A stretch of 64,000 nucleotides of DNA from an uncultured Solirubrobacterales bacterium (GCA_963716735.1 OY970321.1:2210021-2274020); one strand, 5' to 3'; shown: positions 35,152 through 43,571, numbered from the stretch's first letter. The notes: a model not told the origin generated them from the sequence alone. Numbers and translations are program-made.

Positions 35152-37167
35152 TCACCCGCAGCTCGGTTTCCCGCGGAGACACTTCTCAAGCGGGTTCAGG
35201 TGTCGTGCCTGTTCCAGATCCGCTTCGGCCGCGGCCTGGTCGCCCGCCTCTTCCTCGACTTTAGAGCGTAGGTAGTAGTACTGCCAGTTGCGGTCCTCGC
35301 GGTCGATGGCTTGCGTTAGGCGTTCGACGGCCACCGGATAATTCCCTTCGCTCTCGGCGATCAGGCCGAGCTGCACGTAGGGAGAGGCGGCGAAGGGCTC
35401 GATCGAGCGCGCCGTCTTGGCGTGGCTGGTGGCGCTGGTGAGGTCGCCGTTTGCGGCGGCGCTCTGACTGGCGTCGAGCTCGCGATCGACGAGCAACGGA
35501 CCGATCAGCGCGATCGCCGCCATCCAGGCGACCGCGAGGCCGGCGACCGCGAGGCCGAAGCGCCGCTCTTCGCCCGCGGCTACGAGGCGGGGGTCGGGAG
35601 GAGCCGCCAGTTGGGCGCACCTGGCCGCCACCAACACCCCCGAGGCGAGGAAGAAGACCACCCCCAGGCCGGCGATCTCCCAGAACCAGTCGAGCCCGGC
35701 GACCACGGCGAAGGCGAGCGTCGCCGCGAGGAGCGCGGCGTAGCGCTCGCGTTGCGGGTGGGGCGCGGCGCGCCAGGCGCTGAACCCGGTCCAGAGCAGA
35801 GTGGCGACCAGCACCAGCACGAGCAGCCCGCCGACGATGCCGAGCTCGGCGAAGGCCTCCAGGTAGAGGGAGTGGGCATCGTGGACCGGCATGTCGATCG
35901 AGCGATGTCGATCCCAGGCGAACACGTAGGTGCCGGCGCCGACCCCGAGCAGCGGCTTTTCGTCGAAGGCATCGATCGCGACGCGGTAGAAGTCGTGACG
36001 GCCGGCCCCGTTGAACTGCGAGAAGTGCTGCTCGGGCTGGTTCGGGAACTGGACGTCGGAGCTGGAGAACTGATCCCAGGCACGACCGCCGATCGCGATC
36101 GCCACCCCGATCGCAATGACCGCCGCCACCGCGGCGACGCCTTTCAGCAGCGACCGGTTGCGCGAGAGATCGACGGCGCGGCCGGTCAACCGCCCTTCTC
36201 GCCGCTCGGCCCAGCGCTGCGCGGCGAAGAGCAGCAGGGTGAGGGCGACCCCCGCGGCGAGGATCAAGAGCACGGTCACGCCCTGGTCCACGGCGGCCTG
36301 GTTGTCGACGTGGTCCGCCAGGCTGTGCCGCGCCTGCACCGCAAGCACCGCCGGTAGTGCGCCCAGGGCCCCGCAGGCCAGGGTCGCAAGCAGCCAGAGG
36401 CGGTCTCGGGAGAGGACGATGAGACAGCCGGCGGCGATCAGCAGGGCCAGCAGCCCACCGCGCGAGTAGGTGAAGTAGAGGGCGAGCATGACCACCGGCA
36501 ACATCCCGGCAGCGAGCCAGCGCAGTCCGCTCCAGGCCGCTCTGCGGCTGCTCCAGAGCAGCAGGGCGATGGCGATCCCGAACATCGCGCCGTTGGCGTT
36601 CCAGTAGCCGAGCGGGTAGCCCAGGCGCGGGCCGGTACCGAATGCGTCGCCGGCCTGCAATACGTGCGGTAGAAGGCGGCTCGCGAGGGCCAGCAGGGCG
36701 ACGAGCGCCAGAGAAATTGCCAAGCCTTCAGCGAAACGTTGGCGCCTTTGGTCGGTTTGGGCGATCAGGAATGCGACTAGGAAGACCCCCAGGTAGACCA
36801 GACCCCGGTCCGCCTCGATCACGCTCAGCTCGGCTGAGCCCGACCAGAGGGATGAAATTGCAGCCAGCAGGGAAAAACCGAGAGTCAGTCCCGTCGCCCA
36901 GTAGAACGGTCGTGCCAGCGTTGCCCGGGAGGCGACGCCGAGCAGGATCAGCGCGACCACGACAAGCCATACGGCAAGGCCCGCAATGTGGCGATCGCTC
37001 ACCTCGAAACCGCCGCCAGCCAGCGCCAGAGCGACGATCAGGACGACTGGCGCAAGTAACGCCGAGCTTTCCTCTAACCTACCGCGCCATGTTTGGGACG
37101 CGCCAAAATCTCGCCCCTCGCCGGGGCGGCCACGTCTTCGCTCTGTCAGTGCTGGCTCTGCTGGCAA
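35152..37167 (-). CDS. O-antigen ligase/polymerase-like (Wzy_C domain) membrane protein with C-terminal TPR repeats
   Basis: More than 10 TM segments. LALYFTYSRGGLLALLIAAGCLIVL (Wzy_C-type SRGG motif) and a large loop with HDAHSLYLEAFAELG. C-terminus: PYVQLGLIAESEGNYPVAVERLTQAIDREDRNWQYYYLRSKVEEEAGDQAAAEADLEQA (TPR-like). The TTG start 37167 is uncertain; it overlaps the divergent gene by 79 nt. Confidence 0.8.
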   Translation of the reverse strand: MPAEPALTERRRGRPGEGRDFGASQTWRGRLEESSALLAPVVLIVALALAGGGFEVSDRHIAGLAVWLVVVALILLGVASRATLARPFYWATGLTLGFSLLAAISSLWSGSAELSVIEADRGLVYLGVFLVAFLIAQTDQRRQRFAEGLAISLALVALLALASRLLPHVLQAGDAFGTGPRLGYPLGYWNANGAMFGIAIALLLWSSRRAAWSGLRWLAAGMLPVVMLALYFTYSRGGLLALLIAAGCLIVLSRDRLWLLATLACGALGALPAVLAVQARHSLADHVDNQAAVDQGVTVLLILAAGVALTLLLFAAQRWAERREGRLTGRAVDLSRNRSLLKGVAAVAAVIAIGVAIAIGGRAWDQFSSSDVQFPNQPEQHFSQFNGAGRHDFYRVAIDAFDEKPLLGVGAGTYVFAWDRHRSIDMPVHDAHSLYLEAFAELGIVGGLLVLVLVATLLWTGFSAWRAAPHPQRERYAALLAATLAFAVVAGLDWFWEIAGLGVVFFLASGVLVAARCAQLAAPPDPRLVAAGEERRFGLAVAGLAVAWMAAIALIGPLLVDRELDASQSAAANGDLTSATSHAKTARSIEPFAASPYVQLGLIAESEGNYPVAVERLTQAIDREDRNWQYYYLRSKVEEEAGDQAAAEADLEQARHLNPLEKCLRGKPSCG

Positions 37168-37664
37168 TGTGCTGTGTTCCGGTGCTCGCTCAGGCTTCGT
37201 CCGCCGGCTACCAGTATTCCGATGCGCCGCCCACGGTAACCGGGGGCAAGCCGCCGAGTGAATCGAATCTCTCGGGTGGCTCCAAGTCGACTAGCGGCAT
37301 CGGCTCGCACGCGGGCAGTGGCAAGTCGGGTGGGAAGTCTTCTGGTGGGAATGGCTCACTCTCAAAGTCCAATGGCTCCGGTGGCGGCGGAAACGGAGCA
37401 GGCCAGCAGGGTAGCCAAGGCGGCGGCAACCAAAACTCGGGTGTCGGGGCCGGAGGAGAAGCAAACGGCACCAGCGCCGAACCGGGATCGAGCGACGGCG
37501 GCTCTTCGCCGCTGGTGCCGATCCTGATCGCGATCGTGCTGCTCGCCGGTGGCTCCATCGCCTATGTGGTGATCAAGCGTCGCCGCGCCGGCGACCCTGG
37601 CTCGGCCGACTCGACCGATTCGCCGGGGTCCGCCGACTCCTCCGTCTCGCCCGAGGCGAGTTAG
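37089..37664 (+). CDS. Gly/Ser-rich secreted protein with C-terminal membrane anchor
   Basis: ATG 37089. Signal peptide MFGTRQNLAPRRGGHVFALSVLALLAMCCVPVLAQA. About 110 aa of G/S/N/K low complexity follow, then TM PLVPILIAIVLLAGGSIAYVVI and KRRRAGD plus an acidic Ser-rich tail. Confidence 0.6.
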   Translation: MFGTRQNLAPRRGGHVFALSVLALLAMCCVPVLAQASSAGYQYSDAPPTVTGGKPPSESNLSGGSKSTSGIGSHAGSGKSGGKSSGGNGSLSKSNGSGGGGNGAGQQGSQGGGNQNSGVGAGGEANGTSAEPGSSDGGSSPLVPILIAIVLLAGGSIAYVVIKRRRAGDPGSADSTDSPGSADSSVSPEAS

Positions 37665-37668
37665 CCCG

Positions 37669-38799
37669 ATGCGCCACCAGGTAATCGGCCCGCCGCGGCG
37701 GGCTCGCCTTTGGCTAGCGGCTTTTGCGATCGCCTCCCTTGGGGTGCTTGCCCTCGCGTCTTCGGCCCTCGCTGTTCCCGCCAACTTCTGGGGTGTGGTG
37801 CCGCAGGTGGCGCCGAGCGCGGAAGAACTGCAGCGGCTCAAACGCGGCGGTGTCGACAGCATCCGCGTTCCCGTCTCCTGGGGTTCGATCCAGCCCACCA
37901 GGCACGGTGGCTATGACTGGTCGAGCACCGATTCCTACATCGCCGCGGCGATTACCGCGCGTATCGAGGTCTTTCCCTTCCTCTCCACGGCGCCGTCCTG
38001 GGTGGTGGCCGTCGACCGGCGTTTCGGCAGCCCGGTCACCCTGCCGGTGCGGACGGGCGTGCAGCGATCCGGTTGGACGCAGTTCGTCAAACAGGCGGTG
38101 TTGCGCTACGGGCCGAACGGCACCTTCTGGACCGAAAATCCGAGCCTGCCGCGGAGGCCGCTCCGCACCTGGCAGATCTGGAACGAGCCGAACTTCAAGT
38201 ACTTCGTCGCGCGGCCCGACCCAGCCGATTACGGCAAGCTGGTGAAGCTCTCCGGCGCCGCGATCAAAGCGATGGATCCGGGTGCCCAGGTCATCCTGGG
38301 CGGCCTCTTCGCGCGTCCGATCGAGGCGACCTTCCACAAGAACCCACCGCAGGCCTACTTCGCCTCCGACTTCCTCGCGCAGATGTACGAGAGCACGCCG
38401 GGGGTCAAGTCCAAGTTCCAGGGCTACGCGCTGCACCCGTACACCGGCAGCTGGAAGAACCTCACCTCGCGGATCGAAGAAGTCCGTCGAGTATTGAAGG
38501 CCAACCGCGATATCGGCAAGGGCCTCTTCCTCACCGAGGTGGGTTGGAGCTCCGAACCGCCCAGGCCGGGCAACAGCTTTGCCAAAGGCGTCGCCGGTCA
38601 GGCGAGGGAACTGAAGGGCGCCTTCCGTCTCTTCAGCGCCAATCAACGAAAGTGGAATCTGCAGCGGGTCTACTGGTTCTCGATCGGCGATTACGCCGGT
38701 CTTTGCAACTTCTGTGGCGGCTCCGGCCTCTTCCGGAGCGGCTTCAAACCGAAGCCCGCCTGGAATGCCTACGTGCAGTTCGCCGGCGGCCGTCCGTAG
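37669..38799 (+). CDS. Secreted clan GH-A glycoside hydrolase-like protein (paralog of 6298-7425)
   Basis: Signal peptide MRHQVIGPPRRARLWLAAFAIASLGVLALASSALA. WQIWNEPN and FLTEVGWSS catalytic-type motifs are present. Confidence 0.75.
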   Translation: MRHQVIGPPRRARLWLAAFAIASLGVLALASSALAVPANFWGVVPQVAPSAEELQRLKRGGVDSIRVPVSWGSIQPTRHGGYDWSSTDSYIAAAITARIEVFPFLSTAPSWVVAVDRRFGSPVTLPVRTGVQRSGWTQFVKQAVLRYGPNGTFWTENPSLPRRPLRTWQIWNEPNFKYFVARPDPADYGKLVKLSGAAIKAMDPGAQVILGGLFARPIEATFHKNPPQAYFASDFLAQMYESTPGVKSKFQGYALHPYTGSWKNLTSRIEEVRRVLKANRDIGKGLFLTEVGWSSEPPRPGNSFAKGVAGQARELKGAFRLFSANQRKWNLQRVYWFSIGDYAGLCNFCGGSGLFRSGFKPKPAWNAYVQFAGGRP

Positions 38800-38850
38800 G
38801 CTTGCGGCTCTTCGGTTCGCCGACCGCGCGCCGGGCGTAAGATCGGTGGG

Positions 38851-41800
38851 TTGAGCACTCGCCCGAAAGCACGCGTGAAATCTGACCCGCTGGCGCCGTT
38901 CAGCGCTCCGGTCAGGCGCTGGTTCGAGTCGTCCTTCGAGGGGCCGACGCCTGCCCAGGCGGGCGGTTGGGAGGCGATCGCCGGTGGCGCCAACTCGCTG
39001 ATCTGCGCCCCGACCGGCTCCGGCAAGACCTTGGCCGCCTTCCTCTGGGGCATCGACAAGCTCTCCCGGTCACCGGCGCTGGGGCAGGGCGTCAAGGTCG
39101 TCTACGTCTCGCCGCTGAAGGCGCTCTCCTACGACATCGAGCGCAACCTGCGCGCGCCGCTGCGGGGGATCGGGGCCGACATCTCCGTCGGCCTGCGCAC
39201 GGGTGACACCAGCCAGAAAGACCGCCGGGCGATGCGCAAAACGCCGCCCGACATCCTCATCACCACCCCCGAGTCGCTCTACCTGATGCTCTCCTCGGGC
39301 GCCCGCGAGATCCTCACCGGGGTCGAGGCGGTGATCGTCGACGAGATTCATGCGGTGGCCCAGTCCAAGCGGGGGTCGCACCTGGCGTTGACTTTGGAGC
39401 GGTTGGACCATCTGGTGAAGGACCATGCGGGTTCGGCCGCGGGTCCTGTCACGGGGGAGGGGGTGTCCGGGTCTGGGCTGGGTTTTTCGCCTGCTGAGGA
39501 TGCTCCCCTCGCTGAGTCGGATGGGCGAAAAAGAGGACGCCGCCCTGCCCCGGACACCCCCTCCCCCGTGACACCCGCGGGAGGGGCGCAGGGGGTTCAG
39601 CGGATCGGGCTGAGCGCCACCCAGCGGCCGCTTGAGCGGATCGCGAAGTTCCTGGTCGGTCCTAAGAGAGCTTGCGAGATTGTGGATGCGGGGGTGGCTA
39701 AGGAGCTGGACCTCGAGATCGTCGTTCCGGTTGAGGACATGTCGGAACCGGGGGCTCCTAATTTCCCCAACAGCGAGGGCGTTCCCAATGAGGGCGAGCC
39801 CCTGGCCCACGTCCGTTCGATCTGGCCCGCGATCTACCCCGAGCTCCTCAAGCTGGTCAAAGAACACAACTCGACGATCATCTTCGTCAACGCCCGTCGA
39901 GCAGCTGAGCGCCTGGCAAAGCGCCTCAATGAGCTTGCGGCCGAAGAACCGGAGCGTGAGCTACCAGCCACCGAGCAGGTGGGGCACTCCCCTTCCGCGG
40001 GTGGCGTGGGGGATGGGGGGGTCGAGGACGCCCCCGCCCGCAGCGCCCCCCCATCCCCCGCGACAGGACCCGCGGTTGACGGAAATGAGCCCTTGGTGGA
40101 GATCGCCAGGGCGCACCACGGGTCCCTGTCGCACGAAGAGCGCCTTGTGGTCGAGGAGATGCTCAAGTCGGGCCAGCTTCCCTGCCTGGTCGCGACCTCG
40201 TCGCTGGAGTTGGGCATCGACATGGGCGCCGTCGACCTCGTGATCCAGGTCGAGTCGCCGAAGTCGGTCAGCCGCGGGCTGCAACGGGTCGGCCGCGCCG
40301 GTCACTCGCTGGGCGAGGTCTCGCGCGGCCGCATCTTCCCCAAGTTCCGCGCCGACCTGCTCGAGTGCGCCGTCGTCGCGCGGCGGATGCGCGAAGGCGC
40401 GATCGAGGAGACGGTGATCCCGCAGAACCCGCTCGACGTGCTCGCCCAGCACCTGGTCTCGATGGCCGCGTTGGACGAGTGGGAGATCGACGAGGTCGAG
40501 CGCCTCGTCACCGCCACCCAGCCCTTCGGCGAGCTCTCGCGCGAACAGCTGGAGAACGTGCTCGACATGCTCGACGGTCGTTACCCGTCCGACCGCTTCG
40601 CCGAGCTGCGACCGCGGATCGTCTGGGACCGCACCCGCGGCACGATGCACGGCCGCAAAGGTTCCCGCCAGCTCGTCGTCACCAACGCCGGCACGATCCC
40701 CGACCGCGGCCTCTACGGCGTCCACCTGCCCGACGGCCGCCGCGTCGGCGAGCTCGACGAGGAGATGGTCTACGAGGCTCGGGCCGGGCAGACCTTCCTG
40801 CTGGGCGCGACGACCTGGCGGATCGAGGAGATCACCCGCGACCGGGTCATCGTCACGCCCGCGCCCGGCCTGCCGGGGGCGGTGCCGTTCTGGAAGGGCG
40901 ATGGGATCGGCCGCCCGGCCGAGCTGGGGCGGGCGATCGGCGCCTTCTCTCGCGAGGCGGTCTCGCGCGAGCCAAAGGAATTGGCCGCCGAGTACGACCT
41001 CGACCGCCGCGCCGCCGAGAACCTCGTCGCCTATCTGCGCGAGCAGCAGGCGGCCACCCGGGTCGTCCCTTCCGATGAGACGATCGTAGTCGAGCGCTTC
41101 CGCGACGAGATCGGCGACTGGCGCCTCTGCATCCTCTCCCCCTTCGGCGGCCGCGTCCACTCCGCCTGGGGCCTCGCTCTGGGCCAGAAGATCCGCGAGG
41201 AGCACGAGCTGGAGGCGGACGCGATCTGGTCCGACGACGGCATCGTCATCCACCTGCCCGACGCCGACGAGCCGCCGTCCGCCGACCTGGTCATGGTCGA
41301 TCCCGACGAGCTCGAGGACCTGGTCGTGCGCGAGCTCTCCGGCTCGGCCCTGTTCGGCGCCCGCTTCCGCGAGAACGCCTCGCGGTCGCTGCTGATCCCG
41401 CGCGCCTACCCCGGCAAGCGCACGCCGCTCTGGCAGCAGCGCCTCAAGTCACAGAGCCTGCTCGAAGTCGCCCGCGACTTCCCCCGCTTCCCGGTCATCC
41501 TCGAGACCTACCGCGAGTGCCTGCGCGACGTCCTCGACCTGCCCTCGCTGCGCCAGATCCTCACCGACCTGCACTCGCGCAAGCTCGGTCTGGTCGAGGT
41601 CGAGACGCCGACCGCGTCGCCCTTCGCCTCCTCGCTGCTCTTCGACTTCGTCGCCACCTACATGTACGAGGGGGACACGCCGAACGCCGAGCGCCGCGCC
41701 GCCGCGCTCTCCCTCGACCGCGACCTGCTGCGCGAGCTGCTCGGCCAGGAGGAGCTGCGTGAGCTGATCGACCCCGAGGCGCTGGTCGAGGTCGAGGCAC

Positions 41801-43560
41801 AGCTTCAGCATCGGACCGAGGCCGGCCGCGCCAGCGACCGCGACGCGCTGCAGCAGCTGCTCCGCAACCTCGGCGACCTCAGCGCCGAGGAGTGCGCGGA
41901 GCGCGTCACCGAGGGTTACTCGGCGGCGTCGATGCTGGAAAAGCTGGTCGCCGAGCGCCGCGTCGCGCCGATCCGCGTCGCCGGCAAGGAGCGTTACATC
42001 GCCGGTGAGGACGCCGGCCTCTACCGCGACGCGCTCGGCGTGCCGCCCCCGCCGGGGCTGCCCGAGACTTTCCTCGAGGACCACCCAGACGCGATGCGCG
42101 CCCTGGTCCGCCGCTACGCCCGCACCCACGGCCCCTTTCCGACCGTGCAGCTGGCCGAGCGCTACGGCGTCGATCCAACCCCGGCCCTGCGCGAGCTGGA
42201 GCGCGAAGGGGCGATGGTCCGTGGCGAGCTGCTGCCCGGTGGCAGCGAGCGCGAGTGGTGCGACGCCGACGTCCTGCGCCGGGTCCGTCGTGCCAGCCTC
42301 GCCCACCTGCGCCGCGAGGTCGAGCCCGCGGGCCGCGATCGCTTCGCTCGCTTCCTGCCCAGTTGGCAGAACGTCGACTCCCACCGTCCGGCAGGTGCCG
42401 GTCCGGACCGCCTGCGCGACGCACTCGTGCCGCTGCAGGGCGTCGCCCTCACGCCCAAGATCTGGGAGGAGGACGTGCTGCCGCGCCGCCTCGGCGCCTA
42501 CTCGCCGGCCTGGCTCGACGAGCTCTGCACCAGCGGCGAAGTGGTCTGGATCGGCGCCGGCTCGCGCGGGCGCAGCGACGGCCGCGTCGCCCTCTACTTC
42601 CGCGAGGACGTCCGTCTCGCCGGCCCGCCGCCCGCCAACGCGAAGCTCGAGCGCCGCGAGGGCGAGCCCCAGGAGGCGATTCGCGAGCGGCTTCTCTCCG
42701 GCCCCTCCTTCTGGCTCGATCTGCTCGCCGACCTCGACTTCCCCGGCGAGGAGCTGCACAACGCTCTGTGGGACCTGGCCTGGTCTGGAGAGGTGACCAA
42801 CGACGCGTTCGCTCCCCTGCGTGCGCCGCGCCTGCGCTCGGTGCCCGCGCACGAGCGCCAGGGCCGCCGCTTCGCCCGCCGCCGCTCGGGCGCCGGCGCC
42901 GCCGTGCAGGGGCGTTGGTCGTTGACCGCGCCGCTCTTCGCGGAGGCGCCGGGGCCGGGGGCGAAGCTGCGGGCGCAGGCCGAGCTGATGCTGGAGCGCT
43001 ACGGCATCGTCACCCGCGAGACGGTGCTCGCCGAGGGCGTGCCGGGCGGCTTCTCGACCCTCTACGCCGAGCTCGGCAACCTCGAGCTGCTCGGCACCGC
43101 CCGCCGCGGCTACTTCGTCGAGGGGTTGGGCGGCGCCCAGTTCGCCCTGGCCGGTGCGGTCGAGCGGCTGCGCTCGCTGCCGGAAACGAATGGCTCCCTG
43201 CAGGTTCTGGCCGCCACCGACCCCGCCAACCCCTACGGCGCCGCCCTGCCCTGGCCGAAACCGCCCTCAGGCAGGCGGCCCGCCCGCGCCCCCGGCGCCC
43301 ACGTGCTGCTGCGCGACGGCGAGCCACTCGTCTACGTCGAGCGCGGCGGCCGCAGCATCCTCCGGCTCCGCGAGCTCGCCGACGGCGAGCTCGCCACCGC
43401 GATGCAGGCGCTCGCCGACGCCGTCTCGGCCGGCCGCCTGCCGAAGCTCGGGATCGAGAAGCTCGACGGCGAGGCGGTGATCGGCTCCGGCCACGAGGAG
43501 GCGCTGCTCAGCGCCGGCTTCAGCCGCGGACCGCGCAAACTCACCGCCTCTGCCAGGTAG
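38851..43560 (+). CDS. lhr: ATP-dependent helicase Lhr (large helicase-related, DEAD/DEAH superfamily 2)
   Basis: 1569 aa. APTGSGKTLAAFL (motif I), VIVDEIHAV (DExH), GLSATQRP (SAT), HHGSLSHEER, TSSLELGIDMG, QRVGRAGH, and a long Lhr-type C-terminal region. Start TTG 38851, or GTG 38875. Confidence 0.9.
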   Translation: MSTRPKARVKSDPLAPFSAPVRRWFESSFEGPTPAQAGGWEAIAGGANSLICAPTGSGKTLAAFLWGIDKLSRSPALGQGVKVVYVSPLKALSYDIERNLRAPLRGIGADISVGLRTGDTSQKDRRAMRKTPPDILITTPESLYLMLSSGAREILTGVEAVIVDEIHAVAQSKRGSHLALTLERLDHLVKDHAGSAAGPVTGEGVSGSGLGFSPAEDAPLAESDGRKRGRRPAPDTPSPVTPAGGAQGVQRIGLSATQRPLERIAKFLVGPKRACEIVDAGVAKELDLEIVVPVEDMSEPGAPNFPNSEGVPNEGEPLAHVRSIWPAIYPELLKLVKEHNSTIIFVNARRAAERLAKRLNELAAEEPERELPATEQVGHSPSAGGVGDGGVEDAPARSAPPSPATGPAVDGNEPLVEIARAHHGSLSHEERLVVEEMLKSGQLPCLVATSSLELGIDMGAVDLVIQVESPKSVSRGLQRVGRAGHSLGEVSRGRIFPKFRADLLECAVVARRMREGAIEETVIPQNPLDVLAQHLVSMAALDEWEIDEVERLVTATQPFGELSREQLENVLDMLDGRYPSDRFAELRPRIVWDRTRGTMHGRKGSRQLVVTNAGTIPDRGLYGVHLPDGRRVGELDEEMVYEARAGQTFLLGATTWRIEEITRDRVIVTPAPGLPGAVPFWKGDGIGRPAELGRAIGAFSREAVSREPKELAAEYDLDRRAAENLVAYLREQQAATRVVPSDETIVVERFRDEIGDWRLCILSPFGGRVHSAWGLALGQKIREEHELEADAIWSDDGIVIHLPDADEPPSADLVMVDPDELEDLVVRELSGSALFGARFRENASRSLLIPRAYPGKRTPLWQQRLKSQSLLEVARDFPRFPVILETYRECLRDVLDLPSLRQILTDLHSRKLGLVEVETPTASPFASSLLFDFVATYMYEGDTPNAERRAAALSLDRDLLRELLGQEELRELIDPEALVEVEAQLQHRTEAGRASDRDALQQLLRNLGDLSAEECAERVTEGYSAASMLEKLVAERRVAPIRVAGKERYIAGEDAGLYRDALGVPPPPGLPETFLEDHPDAMRALVRRYARTHGPFPTVQLAERYGVDPTPALRELEREGAMVRGELLPGGSEREWCDADVLRRVRRASLAHLRREVEPAGRDRFARFLPSWQNVDSHRPAGAGPDRLRDALVPLQGVALTPKIWEEDVLPRRLGAYSPAWLDELCTSGEVVWIGAGSRGRSDGRVALYFREDVRLAGPPPANAKLERREGEPQEAIRERLLSGPSFWLDLLADLDFPGEELHNALWDLAWSGEVTNDAFAPLRAPRLRSVPAHERQGRRFARRRSGAGAAVQGRWSLTAPLFAEAPGPGAKLRAQAELMLERYGIVTRETVLAEGVPGGFSTLYAELGNLELLGTARRGYFVEGLGGAQFALAGAVERLRSLPETNGSLQVLAATDPANPYGAALPWPKPPSGRRPARAPGAHVLLRDGEPLVYVERGGRSILRLRELADGELATAMQALADAVSAGRLPKLGIEKLDGEAVIGSGHEEALLSAGFSRGPRKLTASAR
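39447..39573. repeat. Perfect 25-bp inverted repeat (39447-39471 / 39549-39573) with a 77-nt spacer, inside the lhr reading frame
   Basis: Left arm tgtcacgggggagggggtgtccggg equals the reverse complement of right arm cccggacaccccctcccccgtgaca (checked base by base). The spacer looks less GC-rich by eye. It encodes a low-complexity stretch between the DExH and SAT motifs. Confidence 0.85.
39995..40075. repeat. Second, composite inverted repeat inside lhr (ccgcgggt...gggggatggggggg / cccccccatccccc...acccgcgg)
   Basis: 14-bp perfect arms at 40008-40021 and 40046-40059, plus 8-bp outer arms at 39995-40002 and 40068-40075. It encodes SPSAGGVGDGGVEDAPARSAPPSPATGPAV between helicase domains 1 and 2. 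Confidence 0.75.
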
Positions 43561-43571
43561 TCCGCCGCTGG

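Noticed and set aside
32910-35189. ORFs 32910-34277 (+), 33301-34365 (-) and 33886-34530 (+)
   Set aside because: They overlap the PP-loop gene and the phosphotransferase gene in other frames or on the other strand, and have no motifs.
39447-40075. Interpreting the G-rich palindromes in lhr as a CRISPR array or CRISPR repeats
   Set aside because: These are inverted repeats, not direct repeats. There are only two units, no regular spacing and no cas genes, and they lie inside an intact ORF.
38851-43560. Lhr as part of a defence or anti-phage operon
   Set aside because: No partner nuclease, methylase or other defence-type gene is adjacent. The neighbours are a hydrolase and a secreted protein. 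Lhr alone is a DNA-repair helicase.
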